A DNA stretch of 64,000 bases from an uncultured Syntrophomonadaceae bacterium (GTDB taxonomy: Bacteria; Bacillota; Dethiobacteria; DTU022): the NCBI GenBank assembly GCA_964436815.1, contig CAYTER010000006.1:2591-66590 (forward strand), in the 5' to 3' direction. The notes below the pieces were generated by a model that saw only the letters and a list, made by a program, of their open reading frames with translations, had not been told where the DNA came from and did no database searches. A program made the translations under genes and the position numbers. Below, one piece after another: positions 52,465 through 61,715 of the stretch (positions are counted from its first letter, which is position 1; every line of letters starts with the position of its first letter).

Positions 52465-53469
52465 ATGGAACATATAAAACAAAAAGAGAAAACCCTCAAC
52501 CCTTTTGAAAAAGTAGTTGAAAAGCTGTTTGCGTTATTTGACAATAACGTATTGCGCTACACAGTAATAGCACTTATAATTGCGTTTCTGGTCTATCTGC
52601 CGATGTCTGCCAGTCGTTTTACACAGGAAATCATGACCAATATGTTTTTTTATGTAGTTGTTTGTCTTGGACTCAATATAATTGTTGGTTTTGCCGGGCT
52701 ACTGCATCTTGGCTATGCTGCCTTTTTTGCTATTGGAGCTTATGTAACCGGTATTTTATCCTCAACTTACGGATTTAATTTCTGGATGACACTGCCGTTT
52801 AGTATTGTGGCCGCAATCATTGCCGGTCTGGTTATTGGCGTACCGACTTTGAGACTTCGTGGAGACTACCTGGCTATCGTAACACTTGGTTTTGGAGAAA
52901 TTATTCGCTTAACAGCACGTAATATATCTATTACCGGCGGTGCGGTAGGCTTGATCGGTATCGAAAGACCGGTGCTTTTTGGAATGGTCCTAAACCAGAT
53001 TTCTCATTTTTATTACATGTTTTTCATAATGGCTATTATTGCTATATTTATGTCCTACCGGCTGCATGATTCAAGGCTGGGCCGAGCCTGGCAGTATATC
53101 AGGGAGGATGAGGATGCCGCTTCTGCCATGGGCATTAATGTTGTTTCCACCAGACTCTTGGCATTTATAATCGGTTCATGCTTTGGGGCCCTGGCCGGCT
53201 CTTTCTTTGCTGTTAAAATGACTGCTATTACCCCTGAATCGTTTATGTTTTTACATTCGATTATGATTTTGTTGGCTGTCGTTCTGGGGGGGATGGGTAA
53301 GATCCCGGGGGTAGTGCTAGGAGCGATTATAGTTACTCTCTTCCCTGAACTCTCGAGAGATATAGGTCAATATAGAATGATTATTTTTGCCGTTGTTTTG
53401 TTAGTCCTAATGTTATACCGTCCACAGGGACTATGGCCGGACCGGCAGTTATTATCAACCAAAGAATAA
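52465..53469 (+). CDS. livM: Branched-chain amino acid ABC transporter permease (LivM-type)
   Basis: 334 aa polytopic. GLLHLGYAAFFAIGAY and LRGDYLAIVTLGFGEI. Confidence 0.9.
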   Translation: MEHIKQKEKTLNPFEKVVEKLFALFDNNVLRYTVIALIIAFLVYLPMSASRFTQEIMTNMFFYVVVCLGLNIIVGFAGLLHLGYAAFFAIGAYVTGILSSTYGFNFWMTLPFSIVAAIIAGLVIGVPTLRLRGDYLAIVTLGFGEIIRLTARNISITGGAVGLIGIERPVLFGMVLNQISHFYYMFFIMAIIAIFMSYRLHDSRLGRAWQYIREDEDAASAMGINVVSTRLLAFIIGSCFGALAGSFFAVKMTAITPESFMFLHSIMILLAVVLGGMGKIPGVVLGAIIVTLFPELSRDIGQYRMIIFAVVLLVLMLYRPQGLWPDRQLLSTKE

Positions 53470-53481
53470 TGGGGTGTTGTA

Positions 53482-54261
53482 GTGGCGCTGCTTGAAATCA
53501 AAGACTTAACCTTACGATTTGGCGGACTTTGTGCCGTCAATAATCTGTCACTTGAAATTGAGGAACACTCAATCAGAAGCCTTATTGGACCGAACGGGGC
53601 TGGTAAAACCTGTGTTTTTAACTGCCTTACCGGTTTTTACAAACCGAGCGGTGGAGATATGGTTTTTCAGGGAGAAAGCCTCTTAAAGAAAAAACCGCAT
53701 ATTATAACATACCGGGGAATGGCTAGGACATTCCAAAACCTGCGCTTATTTAGGCAAATGAATGTCATTGAAAATGTGATGTCGGGGATGCATTGCCGGA
53801 CCAGCGCCGGTTTTTCAGCGGCAGTTTTAAGGACAAAAGGTCAGAAAGCTGAAGAAAAAAGAATTCGTGAGGTAGCCGAGGAGTGCCTTGATTTTGTAGG
53901 CATCCTCGATAAAAAACATTACATGGCCAAAAACCTGCCTTATGGTGATCAGAGACGGGTTGAATGGGCGCGAGCGCTTGCCACCCAACCCAAGTTACTG
54001 TTGCTGGACGAGCCGGCGGCTGGATTGAATAAAGAAGAAAAAGCCCGCTTGATTGAATTAATTGCCCGCATTCGTGATGAACGCAAGATCACAATCTTCC
54101 TGATTGAGCATGACATGGGTTTGGTAATGAAGATTTCAGAAAAAATATTTGTGATTGATTACGGGGTAAAAATTGCCGAAGGGACAGCAAAAGAAGTCCG
54201 GGACAACCCACGGGTGATAGAAGCTTATCTGGGTAAGGAAGAACAGGAGGATGCCGTATGA
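53482..54261 (+). CDS. livG: ABC transporter ATP-binding protein (LivG-type)
   Basis: 259 aa. GPNGAGKT, LLLLDEPAAGL, and RVIEAYLG. Confidence 0.9.
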   Translation: MALLEIKDLTLRFGGLCAVNNLSLEIEEHSIRSLIGPNGAGKTCVFNCLTGFYKPSGGDMVFQGESLLKKKPHIITYRGMARTFQNLRLFRQMNVIENVMSGMHCRTSAGFSAAVLRTKGQKAEEKRIREVAEECLDFVGILDKKHYMAKNLPYGDQRRVEWARALATQPKLLLLDEPAAGLNKEEKARLIELIARIRDERKITIFLIEHDMGLVMKISEKIFVIDYGVKIAEGTAKEVRDNPRVIEAYLGKEEQEDAV

Positions 54262-54974
54262 GCGAAGTAGTCCTGGAGCTAAAAGATGTCGAAACACGCT
54301 ATGGTCAAATCTATGCTTTGCGCGGTGTCAACTTTCAGGTAAAAAAAGGTGAAATTGTTACCTTGCTCGGAGCGAATGGCGCCGGTAAAAGCACAACTTT
54401 GAAGACTATATCCAGTCTGGTCCCGGCCAGCGCCGGACAAGTACTTTTTATGGGTAAGGATATAACCTATGATCAACCTCACGCCATTGTGGAGATGGGT
54501 GTAATCCATGTTCCAGAAGGCCGGATGATCTTTAAGGAACTAACAGTTCGCGAAAATTTAGAGCTCGGTTCTTTTACCTTAAAGGATAATGTAGAGCGTA
54601 ACAAGCGTATCGAGCATGTATTTGAGATATTTCCGGTTCTTAAAGAACGCCACAAGCAGATGGGCGGTTTTCTGTCCGGAGGCGAACAGCAGATGCTGGC
54701 GATTGGCCGGGCAATGATGACTGAACCTAAAGTATTGATGCTTGACGAACCTTCAATGGGCTTGGCACCGATTATTGTCCAGAAGATTATGGAAATCATC
54801 AAAAAGATCAATGACGAAGGCACTACCGTGCTGCTGGTTGAACAGAATGCCAAGGTAGCGCTAAAACTCGCTGACCGGGGGTATGTCCTTGAAACTGGTG
54901 AAATTTCTATGGAAGGCGATGCTGATGTTTTGAGCAAGGATGAAAGCATTGTAAAAGCTTACCTGGGCGAGTGA
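54258..54974 (+). CDS. livF: ABC transporter ATP-binding protein (LivF-type)
   Basis: 238 aa. GANGAGKST, LSGGEQQML, LMLDEPSMGL, and VKAYLG. Confidence 0.9.
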   Translation: MSEVVLELKDVETRYGQIYALRGVNFQVKKGEIVTLLGANGAGKSTTLKTISSLVPASAGQVLFMGKDITYDQPHAIVEMGVIHVPEGRMIFKELTVRENLELGSFTLKDNVERNKRIEHVFEIFPVLKERHKQMGGFLSGGEQQMLAIGRAMMTEPKVLMLDEPSMGLAPIIVQKIMEIIKKINDEGTTVLLVEQNAKVALKLADRGYVLETGEISMEGDADVLSKDESIVKAYLGE

Positions 54975-55066
54975 TTTAAGGTCGATTGCAGAACTGTTTA
55001 TTTTGGAGTGATTGATTAATCTTAAATCAAAAAACAGTTATTATTTTTTTACTGCTGGTTTTTCTG

Positions 55067-56254
55067 ATGTCTATTCAAACCGGTCCTAAATTGGCTTCGG
55101 CAGCAACTGATGAACCGGAGATTGAAGAAAATATCCTCTATTATTTCTGGGGGCACTGCCCGATATGCAGCAAGCCGGAAGAGCATGTCGGACTTTTCAC
55201 TGATTATCCGGTCGAAGTCCGCATTTATGAAGTTTTTTACGACGAGGTTGGAAGAAACAAATATGATCAGGTCAGGGAAGAGCTTAACATAACCACGCTG
55301 GGTTTTCCAACTCTCGTCTATAACGATCGCTATTGGCTCGGTTTTTCGGAAACCGTTCAAGATGAGATCACTGCTGCAATTGAGTATTCACTGGATCTAA
55401 GGGAAGCCGATCGGGCCGGGAATATCATTGATTTGCCGCTTATAGGTAAAGTTGATCTTCAGACTGCGCCAATCATCCTAACTACAGTTCTTATTGCCTT
55501 TCTAGACGGGTTTAACCCCTGTTCACTGTTTGTGCTGACTTTTCTGTTGGCCATCATCATTCACTCGGCTTCCCGTAAGAAAATCTTTCTAATCGGCTTT
55601 ACTTTTCTTTTGGTTACCGCTGCTGTTTATGGCTTGTTCATATTAGGAATTCTAAACATTATGGTTTTTGCAGCCCGCCTCTTCTGGATTCGTAACATTA
55701 TTGCCGCGCTTGTGATCGTAGTCGGACTGTTTGGCATTAAAGATTTTTTAGTAGCGCAAGAGGGTCCGACATTTTCGATACCGGAAAAGCATAAATCGAA
55801 GTTTTACAAACAGGTCAGGAAAATATTTTACACCGATTCTGTGCTGCCGATGATCGGCGCCACGGCAGTGATGGGGTTGGGTATCGCCCTGGTTGAATTG
55901 CCCTGTACAGCCGGTTTCCCGTTTATTTGGAGTACAATCGTCTCCGGGCTGGATCTTTCAAAAAACTATTTTGTATTGCTTTTTGCGATTTACATACTTA
56001 TTTACCTGCTGGATGAGATCGTTATATTCATGGTGGCAGTAATAAAAATGCGCTCGGCAAAAATGACGGAAGAGCAGGGGAGAACCCTGAAACTGGTCGC
56101 CGGAACATTAATGCTGGTTCTGGGCTTGATACTGCTATTCAAACCTGAATATATGGAAAGCATACTCGGCTTAGTCGCCACTTTTGGCGTGGCCATTTTG
56201 GTTACTTTTTTAATCTATCAGCTAAAGAAGTTTTATAATATGAAAAGATCATAG
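55067..56254 (+). CDS. Thioredoxin-like (CPIC) domain fused to a DsbD/CcdA-like transmembrane thiol-disulfide electron-transfer domain. The true start is probably upstream of 55067.
   Basis: 395 aa from ATG 55067. [13 protein letters not shown] CxxC motif. Membrane domain with [13 protein letters not shown] and [10 protein letters not shown]. The same frame is open back to 55016 and encodes a signal-peptide-like segment. Confidence 0.75.
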   Translation: MSIQTGPKLASAATDEPEIEENILYYFWGHCPICSKPEEHVGLFTDYPVEVRIYEVFYDEVGRNKYDQVREELNITTLGFPTLVYNDRYWLGFSETVQDEITAAIEYSLDLREADRAGNIIDLPLIGKVDLQTAPIILTTVLIAFLDGFNPCSLFVLTFLLAIIIHSASRKKIFLIGFTFLLVTAAVYGLFILGILNIMVFAARLFWIRNIIAALVIVVGLFGIKDFLVAQEGPTFSIPEKHKSKFYKQVRKIFYTDSVLPMIGATAVMGLGIALVELPCTAGFPFIWSTIVSGLDLSKNYFVLLFAIYILIYLLDEIVIFMVAVIKMRSAKMTEEQGRTLKLVAGTLMLVLGLILLFKPEYMESILGLVATFGVAILVTFLIYQLKKFYNMKRS

Positions 56255-57277
56255 CTGCGGCCAGGTGTCGGAGATGCGGTAACCTTCCGGCCAGGGATCA
56301 GTCGGATCAACAATATGCTGGTGAGTTCCCGTAATCCAGGCCTGCCCGGAAATAAGCGGATAGATAGCCTGCCGTTCGCCAACCCTGGTCAGTGAATCTA
56401 TGGTGCAATGAAAACGGGATCCGATGATTGATTCGCCGATATATTGTTCACCGGGTTTTAAAAGCCCCTGGTGATGCAGTAAAGCCATGCGGGCTGAGCA
56501 CCCGGTACCGGTGGGGCTTCGATCCAGTTTTCCCGGTTGAATAACGACGGTATTGCGCCCAATTAAACAGCTATTCTCTTTTATCAGTGAAGCAGTTAAC
56601 TGGCAAAAAGAAATGTGGTTCCACTCTGGATTTTCAGGATGATAAAAACCCAGCTGTTCATTGGCGGCATTAGTAATTTTAATCCCGGTTTCAACCAAAT
56701 CCCGGGCTTCATCAGCGGTTAGTTTAAACCCAAGATTTTCGGCATCAACGATTACAAAACTATCTCCGCCATAAGCAGTGGCGACAGTTAAGCTGCCTAG
56801 CCCTTCAACTTCCAAGGTGGCACTTGCTTTATCGACAAAAGACGGAACGTTACGAACTGTAACGCGGGTAACTTTACCATTTTCACAGCGAGCTACTACT
56901 TCAATCAATCCACCCGGCGGTTCCAGGATCATTTTTGTTTCCGGTTCCTGCATTGGAATAATGCCGGTTTCTAAAAGAACTGTTGAAACACAAATTGAGT
57001 TGGAACCGGACATCGGTGGGGTATCCTCAGGTTCCATTATAATCCAGCCCATTTGCGCCTTTGAATTTATTGGCGGAACGAGCAGGTTCACATGACGAAA
57101 AACTCCGCCACGCGGTTCATTAAGCATCAGATTGCGCAATTTCTGATCTGCAGCAATAAAACGGGATTGTTCCCAGATTGTTTTTCCGGGCGGAGGCGCA
57201 ACACCCCCGACGATAACATCTCCTACTTCTCCTTCAGCATGGCAACTGACAACATGAATAACCTGTTTTGCGCGCAA
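56249..57277 (-). CDS. Proline racemase/4-hydroxyproline epimerase-superfamily protein with Ser/Thr at the two catalytic positions (possible hydroxyproline dehydratase-type member)
   Basis: 342 aa. TTG start 6 nt after [17 protein letters not shown] where racemases and epimerases have MCGHNS, and [12 protein letters not shown] where they have DRSPCGTG. Confidence 0.85.
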   Translation of the reverse strand: MRAKQVIHVVSCHAEGEVGDVIVGGVAPPPGKTIWEQSRFIAADQKLRNLMLNEPRGGVFRHVNLLVPPINSKAQMGWIIMEPEDTPPMSGSNSICVSTVLLETGIIPMQEPETKMILEPPGGLIEVVARCENGKVTRVTVRNVPSFVDKASATLEVEGLGSLTVATAYGGDSFVIVDAENLGFKLTADEARDLVETGIKITNAANEQLGFYHPENPEWNHISFCQLTASLIKENSCLIGRNTVVIQPGKLDRSPTGTGCSARMALLHHQGLLKPGEQYIGESIIGSRFHCTIDSLTRVGERQAIYPLISGQAWITGTHQHIVDPTDPWPEGYRISDTWPQL

Positions 57278-57292
57278 AGTTTTCCCTCCAGC

Positions 57293-58255
57293 CTAAATTA
57301 ATCCGCTCCCGGATTTTACCGGCAAAGCGCCCGCGAAACTTCGCATAAAGGAAACTCTCTCCTTAAGATACTCTTCTGTCGGTGGTTTCAGATCCCGGCA
57401 TTGATATTCGAGGCCAAGGTGCCGGTAGGTATCGCTGCCGAGGCGATGGAAGGGTAAAATTTCCAGTGAGGATATGCAGGTATGTTTAAGGCAGAATTTA
57501 ACTGTTTCCTGCAGATTTTGATCTTTATCATTAAAGCCTGGAATCAGGGGCAGCCGGATTGTAACCTTTAGGGGAAAATCGGAAGCGTCGATCTTCTTTA
57601 TATTTTCCAAGATCAAAATGTTGTCTTCCCCCAGCCACAGATGGTGTAGCTTGGCGTCCATCTGTTTCAGGTCGATATAAAGATGATCAAGCCAGGGTAA
57701 AGACAGGGCGATTTGCTCAAAAGGGACATGAAGGCAGCTTTCAACAGCAGTGTGGATACCGAGTTTTTTACAGTTCTTGAGCACCGCAGCGGTAAATTCC
57801 GATTGAACAAAAGGTTCTCCACCACTGATGGTCACTCCGCCGCCGGAATGGAAGTAAAATACTTCGTCTTTGCGGATCTGATCAACCGTTTCTGCCACAG
57901 TAAGGGTTAACCCGTATCTTCTGATGGCGTTTTGTAGACAGGCACCTGCACAGATTAAACAGTGTTTGCACCTTGACTGATCAATGGTTACCCTCTTTTG
58001 AACTTGATCCAGGGTAAGCGCCTGCTCAGGACAGGCATCGACGCATCTGCCGCAAAATATACAGAGCTCTTCGATGTAGCCGCGCTGTGGGCTTTGATTT
58101 CTCGATTCCGGGGTTGAGCACCAGGGGCAGTGAAGAGGGCAGCCTTTTAAAAAGATGACAGTTCTTAAACCCTGACCATCGTGGAGGGAAGCCCGTTCAA
58201 ACCTTAGTACATCGCCCTGTAAAGCAACACCTGATTTTTGAAGGTTATCATTCAT
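57293..58255 (-). CDS. Glycyl-radical enzyme activating enzyme (radical SAM, with an extra ferredoxin-like 2x[4Fe-4S] insert)
   Basis: 320 aa. CPLHCPWC radical-SAM motif, CIFCGRCVDACP and CKHCLICAGAC, and GGVTISGGEP. ATGA overlap with the GRE gene. Confidence 0.9.
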   Translation of the reverse strand: MNDNLQKSGVALQGDVLRFERASLHDGQGLRTVIFLKGCPLHCPWCSTPESRNQSPQRGYIEELCIFCGRCVDACPEQALTLDQVQKRVTIDQSRCKHCLICAGACLQNAIRRYGLTLTVAETVDQIRKDEVFYFHSGGGVTISGGEPFVQSEFTAAVLKNCKKLGIHTAVESCLHVPFEQIALSLPWLDHLYIDLKQMDAKLHHLWLGEDNILILENIKKIDASDFPLKVTIRLPLIPGFNDKDQNLQETVKFCLKHTCISSLEILPFHRLGSDTYRHLGLEYQCRDLKPPTEEYLKERVSFMRSFAGALPVKSGSGLI

Positions 58256-60663
58256 CCGACTGAAATGCCCTGCAGCACGGTCCGTCCAATGATTTCATCC
58301 TGGACATCTTTACCCAACTCGGTAAAGTAAGCAGTATAACCAGCCACCCTGACCAGAAGGCCTTTGTATTTTTCAGGTTCCTGCTGAGCTTTCAGTAAAG
58401 TTTCCTGGTCGATTACATTAAACTGAACGTGATAGACTCCAAGACTGCACATACTCTTTAACATTGCCATTAACTGGGTGATTCCGTTTTCCGTATTAAA
58501 CATGGCCGGTTCAATTTTCATGTTCAAAAGCGTTCCCTGAACAAAGCGACCGTGAGGGATGTGGGCTACTGAAGATAAAACTGCAGTCGGCCCGTTTAAA
58601 TCTGTTCCACCGCTTGGACTGACTCCGTCAGCGAGAGGCTGCCAAGCTTTGCGACCTGAAGGTAAAGCGCCAACTTCAAGACCAAAGGGGGTATTACCGG
58701 AAACAGGTAGAATCCCGGGAGTCATTTTGCCATATTTGCTGCTGTATTGTTCAATTTCATCGGCTATGAAAGTGAATATATCCCCTGCTATCTGATCGGT
58801 AAGAGAATCATTATTACCATATTTTGGAGCCTCAAGGCAAAATTTTCGCAGTTCGTCATAACCGATAAAATCAGCGTCCAGAGCCTTAACCAGGTCGCAC
58901 ATCCGGACGTGGCCGGTGTCGTATACTAAATGTTTTACAGCAGCGATGCTGTTAATCAGATCGGCTACTCCAATCAGGATAATCCCGTTGCCTGTATTAT
59001 ATTTTGCACCGCCCCAGGCATAATCAAGGCCTTTATCAATGCATTCACGGAAAGTGAGTGATAGAGCAGGAACAGGCCGGTTAGTGCCGATTTCGTCAAT
59101 CACGTGGCTGCCGGCAACCACTGATCTTGTCACGTAGGCAATCTGCGCTTTAATTGCATCAAGGAACTGTTCATAGTTTACAAAGGAGGTCGGGTCCCCG
59201 GTTCGGGCTGAGATGTACAGATCGCTTTTTCTATTTTTGCCATCGGCTAGTGCAAACTCGACTATGCTGCCGAGGTTAATATCGGCTAAAGCAGTGTACT
59301 GGCGTAAACGGCCTTCGAGATTAGTTTCAACGCAACCACAGGGGTTCCAGTTATACGCTTCTTTTAAAGGAATACCCTTGTTCATCAGCATCATAATTCC
59401 AAGATCATCATTATGAAAAGCGGGAAATCCGGTGCCAAGGCTAATAAGTTCAACAATTTTGCGCAGGAAAGCATTTGGATTTTTGGCCATGCTATAACGT
59501 ACAGAAAGAGATGGTTGATAGAGCTGCACATCCATCGTGGCTTGCAGAATCAGGTAAGAAAGTTCATTGACCGCATCTTTACCGGTGGTATCAACCCCGC
59601 CGACACAGACATTTTGAAACATCGGGTAGCCGGCGGCAAATTCTGCTGTCAGGGCATCCTGAAATAAGCAGGGTTCACTGAACTTCACCCATAAACAATC
59701 AATTAATTCCTGTGCTTCTTCGCGGCTTAATCTGCCGGCAGCGAGATCAGCCTGGTAGTAGGGCCACAAATACTGATCCATACGTCCGGGGTTGTAACTG
59801 GCAGCATTTTGTTCCATGAAGATACAGGTTTGATAGAAATAAAGCGATTGCAGAGCTTCTCTGAATGTCCGGGCTGGTTGCTGAGGTACATGATGACAGG
59901 TGTCGGCAATCTGTAATAATTCTTCCCGCCGGCGGCAATCAGTTTCCAGCTCCGCCAGGCGTTCTGCTTCTAAAGCGTATCTTTTGGCAAGAGCGGCCAT
60001 TCCTTCCGCAACGATTAACAGTGCTTGCAGATAGCAATCTTTTTCATAATCTCCCGGGCGGGTGATATCCAGTTTTATACGTTTTGCTTTAATCGTATCA
60101 ATGATGCCGGAAAGCCCATCCCTGATCAGCCATTCATAACCGGCAGTTGTTTCGCCCCAACCCCGCACCGCTTTTCGATCAATATATACAACTCCATGAT
60201 CGCGTAAGGCCCGGGTAGATTCAGGGATCTGGGCCAGCCATGCTTCATAATTTGAACGACCCTTCCAGTAAGGCTTAATCTCTTTTTCAAACATAATTTT
60301 ATCTTCAGGTTTTAGATAGAATGGATCATATTTACGCGTACTAATGGTCTCAAGTTCCTGATCGAGAACCGACCAGCATGAATCGGCGCAAAGAATACCG
60401 CCGCGGATTTTACTGCCGGAGCAGCCGACGATCAGCTCATCATCCCAGATTTTGATCGTTTTTAAGAGGCACTGTTTTTTAAAAGCTTTTGCTTTTCTAA
60501 GAACGAGAGGCTCTCCTTCAGTCTCACGGAAACCTTCAGTTAACAACTTCGCGTTCTCCAGATCCATTTCCGGCTTTGTAGATAGAACCCGCTTTTTTAA
60601 ACGGAAAATGCGTTCCATGTAGCTTGGAATTTGATCCAGGATTTTTTCTGTTGTTTGGGGCAT
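58252..60663 (-). CDS. Glycyl radical enzyme (PFL2/glycerol-dehydratase-like eliminase clade), substrate unknown (GRE-1)
   Basis: The ORF track extends to 60804, but its first 47 codons are low-complexity AT-rich sequence. ATG 60663 has GGAGGG 7 nt upstream and gives 803 aa. Cys loop NPCGCVETN. Glycyl radical motif LLVRVAGYTAYF. Confidence 0.9.
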   Translation of the reverse strand: MPQTTEKILDQIPSYMERIFRLKKRVLSTKPEMDLENAKLLTEGFRETEGEPLVLRKAKAFKKQCLLKTIKIWDDELIVGCSGSKIRGGILCADSCWSVLDQELETISTRKYDPFYLKPEDKIMFEKEIKPYWKGRSNYEAWLAQIPESTRALRDHGVVYIDRKAVRGWGETTAGYEWLIRDGLSGIIDTIKAKRIKLDITRPGDYEKDCYLQALLIVAEGMAALAKRYALEAERLAELETDCRRREELLQIADTCHHVPQQPARTFREALQSLYFYQTCIFMEQNAASYNPGRMDQYLWPYYQADLAAGRLSREEAQELIDCLWVKFSEPCLFQDALTAEFAAGYPMFQNVCVGGVDTTGKDAVNELSYLILQATMDVQLYQPSLSVRYSMAKNPNAFLRKIVELISLGTGFPAFHNDDLGIMMLMNKGIPLKEAYNWNPCGCVETNLEGRLRQYTALADINLGSIVEFALADGKNRKSDLYISARTGDPTSFVNYEQFLDAIKAQIAYVTRSVVAGSHVIDEIGTNRPVPALSLTFRECIDKGLDYAWGGAKYNTGNGIILIGVADLINSIAAVKHLVYDTGHVRMCDLVKALDADFIGYDELRKFCLEAPKYGNNDSLTDQIAGDIFTFIADEIEQYSSKYGKMTPGILPVSGNTPFGLEVGALPSGRKAWQPLADGVSPSGGTDLNGPTAVLSSVAHIPHGRFVQGTLLNMKIEPAMFNTENGITQLMAMLKSMCSLGVYHVQFNVIDQETLLKAQQEPEKYKGLLVRVAGYTAYFTELGKDVQDEIIGRTVLQGISVG

Positions 60664-60797
60664 GAAATATCCCTCCAGGCAATGCATTAATGTATAATTG
60701 ATTATAGCATACCGTGAGGAGAGAACACAGAAAAATATAGATGTAATGTATATAATTATGTTATAATAATAATCGTTATTAGAATAGATGGAGAAAT

Positions 60798-61715
60798 ATG
60801 ACACAAGGATTAATATTTAATATCCAGCGGTTTTCACTGCATGACGGGCCAGGTGTTAGAACTACTGTATTCTTAAAGGGCTGCCCCTTAAACTGTAGCT
60901 GGTGTCAAAATCCTGAAGGGATTAGCATGGATCCGCTGATTGTCAGGCATATAAACAAATGCCTGGCCTGTTTAAGTTGTTTTAAACAATGTCCGACCGG
61001 CTCAATTAAAATAACTGATAAAGGACCTGTAATAGATCAGCAGAGTTGCCGAAAATGTTTTGGCTGTGCTGATGTCTGTCCGGCCGGAGCAATTAAAGTT
61101 GCCGGAAAAATGTTTACAGCTGAAGCATTAACTAAAGAGTTGCTTAAAGATCGCCTTGTTTACGAAGAATCAGGAGGAGGAGTAACCTTTTCCGGCGGTG
61201 AGCCTTTCATGCAGCCGGTGTTTCTGCTGGAAATGTTAAAAAGCTTAAAGAATCAGGGCATACATACGGCGATTGAAACCTGCGGACACACTAAATGGGA
61301 AAATATAAAAGAGACAATTCCTTTTACAGATCTCTATCTATACGATCTTAAATTTATTGATGAAGAAAAATGCGCTCGTTATACAGGGGTTTCGGGGCAG
61401 TTAATTCTTTCTAATTTTAAAAAACTTACCGCTCTGAATCCGGCTATAATAATAAGAATACCATTGATACCTAGTATAAACGATGATCATGCAAGCCTGC
61501 TTAAAATAGCTGAGTTTCTAAAATCAGCAGCTGTCGATCACGCTGAGTTAATACCTTACCATAATTATGGAGAAAGTAAGTATGATAATATCGGGTGCGA
61601 GTATAAATTAAAGGGCTTGGAAAAGCATTCTGACCTGGATTTGGAAAACATAAAATATGTTTTGGGTAGAGCCGGTATAAACACTGATAATGGGGGTGGA
61701 AGTAATGTCTTATGA
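60798..61715 (+). CDS. Glycyl-radical enzyme activating enzyme (second copy)
   Basis: 305 aa. CPLNCSWC, CLACLSCFKQCP and CRKCFGCADVCP, and GGVTFSGGEP. Confidence 0.9.
   Translation: MTQGLIFNIQRFSLHDGPGVRTTVFLKGCPLNCSWCQNPEGISMDPLIVRHINKCLACLSCFKQCPTGSIKITDKGPVIDQQSCRKCFGCADVCPAGAIKVAGKMFTAEALTKELLKDRLVYEESGGGVTFSGGEPFMQPVFLLEMLKSLKNQGIHTAIETCGHTKWENIKETIPFTDLYLYDLKFIDEEKCARYTGVSGQLILSNFKKLTALNPAIIIRIPLIPSINDDHASLLKIAEFLKSAAVDHAELIPYHNYGESKYDNIGCEYKLKGLEKHSDLDLENIKYVLGRAGINTDNGGGSNVL

Noticed and set aside
60664-60804. A 47-codon N-terminal extension of GRE-1 in the ORF track.
   Set aside because: It is a low-complexity Tyr/Ile/Asn-rich translation of the AT-rich promoter region and would overlap the divergent activase start. 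An internal ATG with a GGAGGG RBS fits GRE N-termini.
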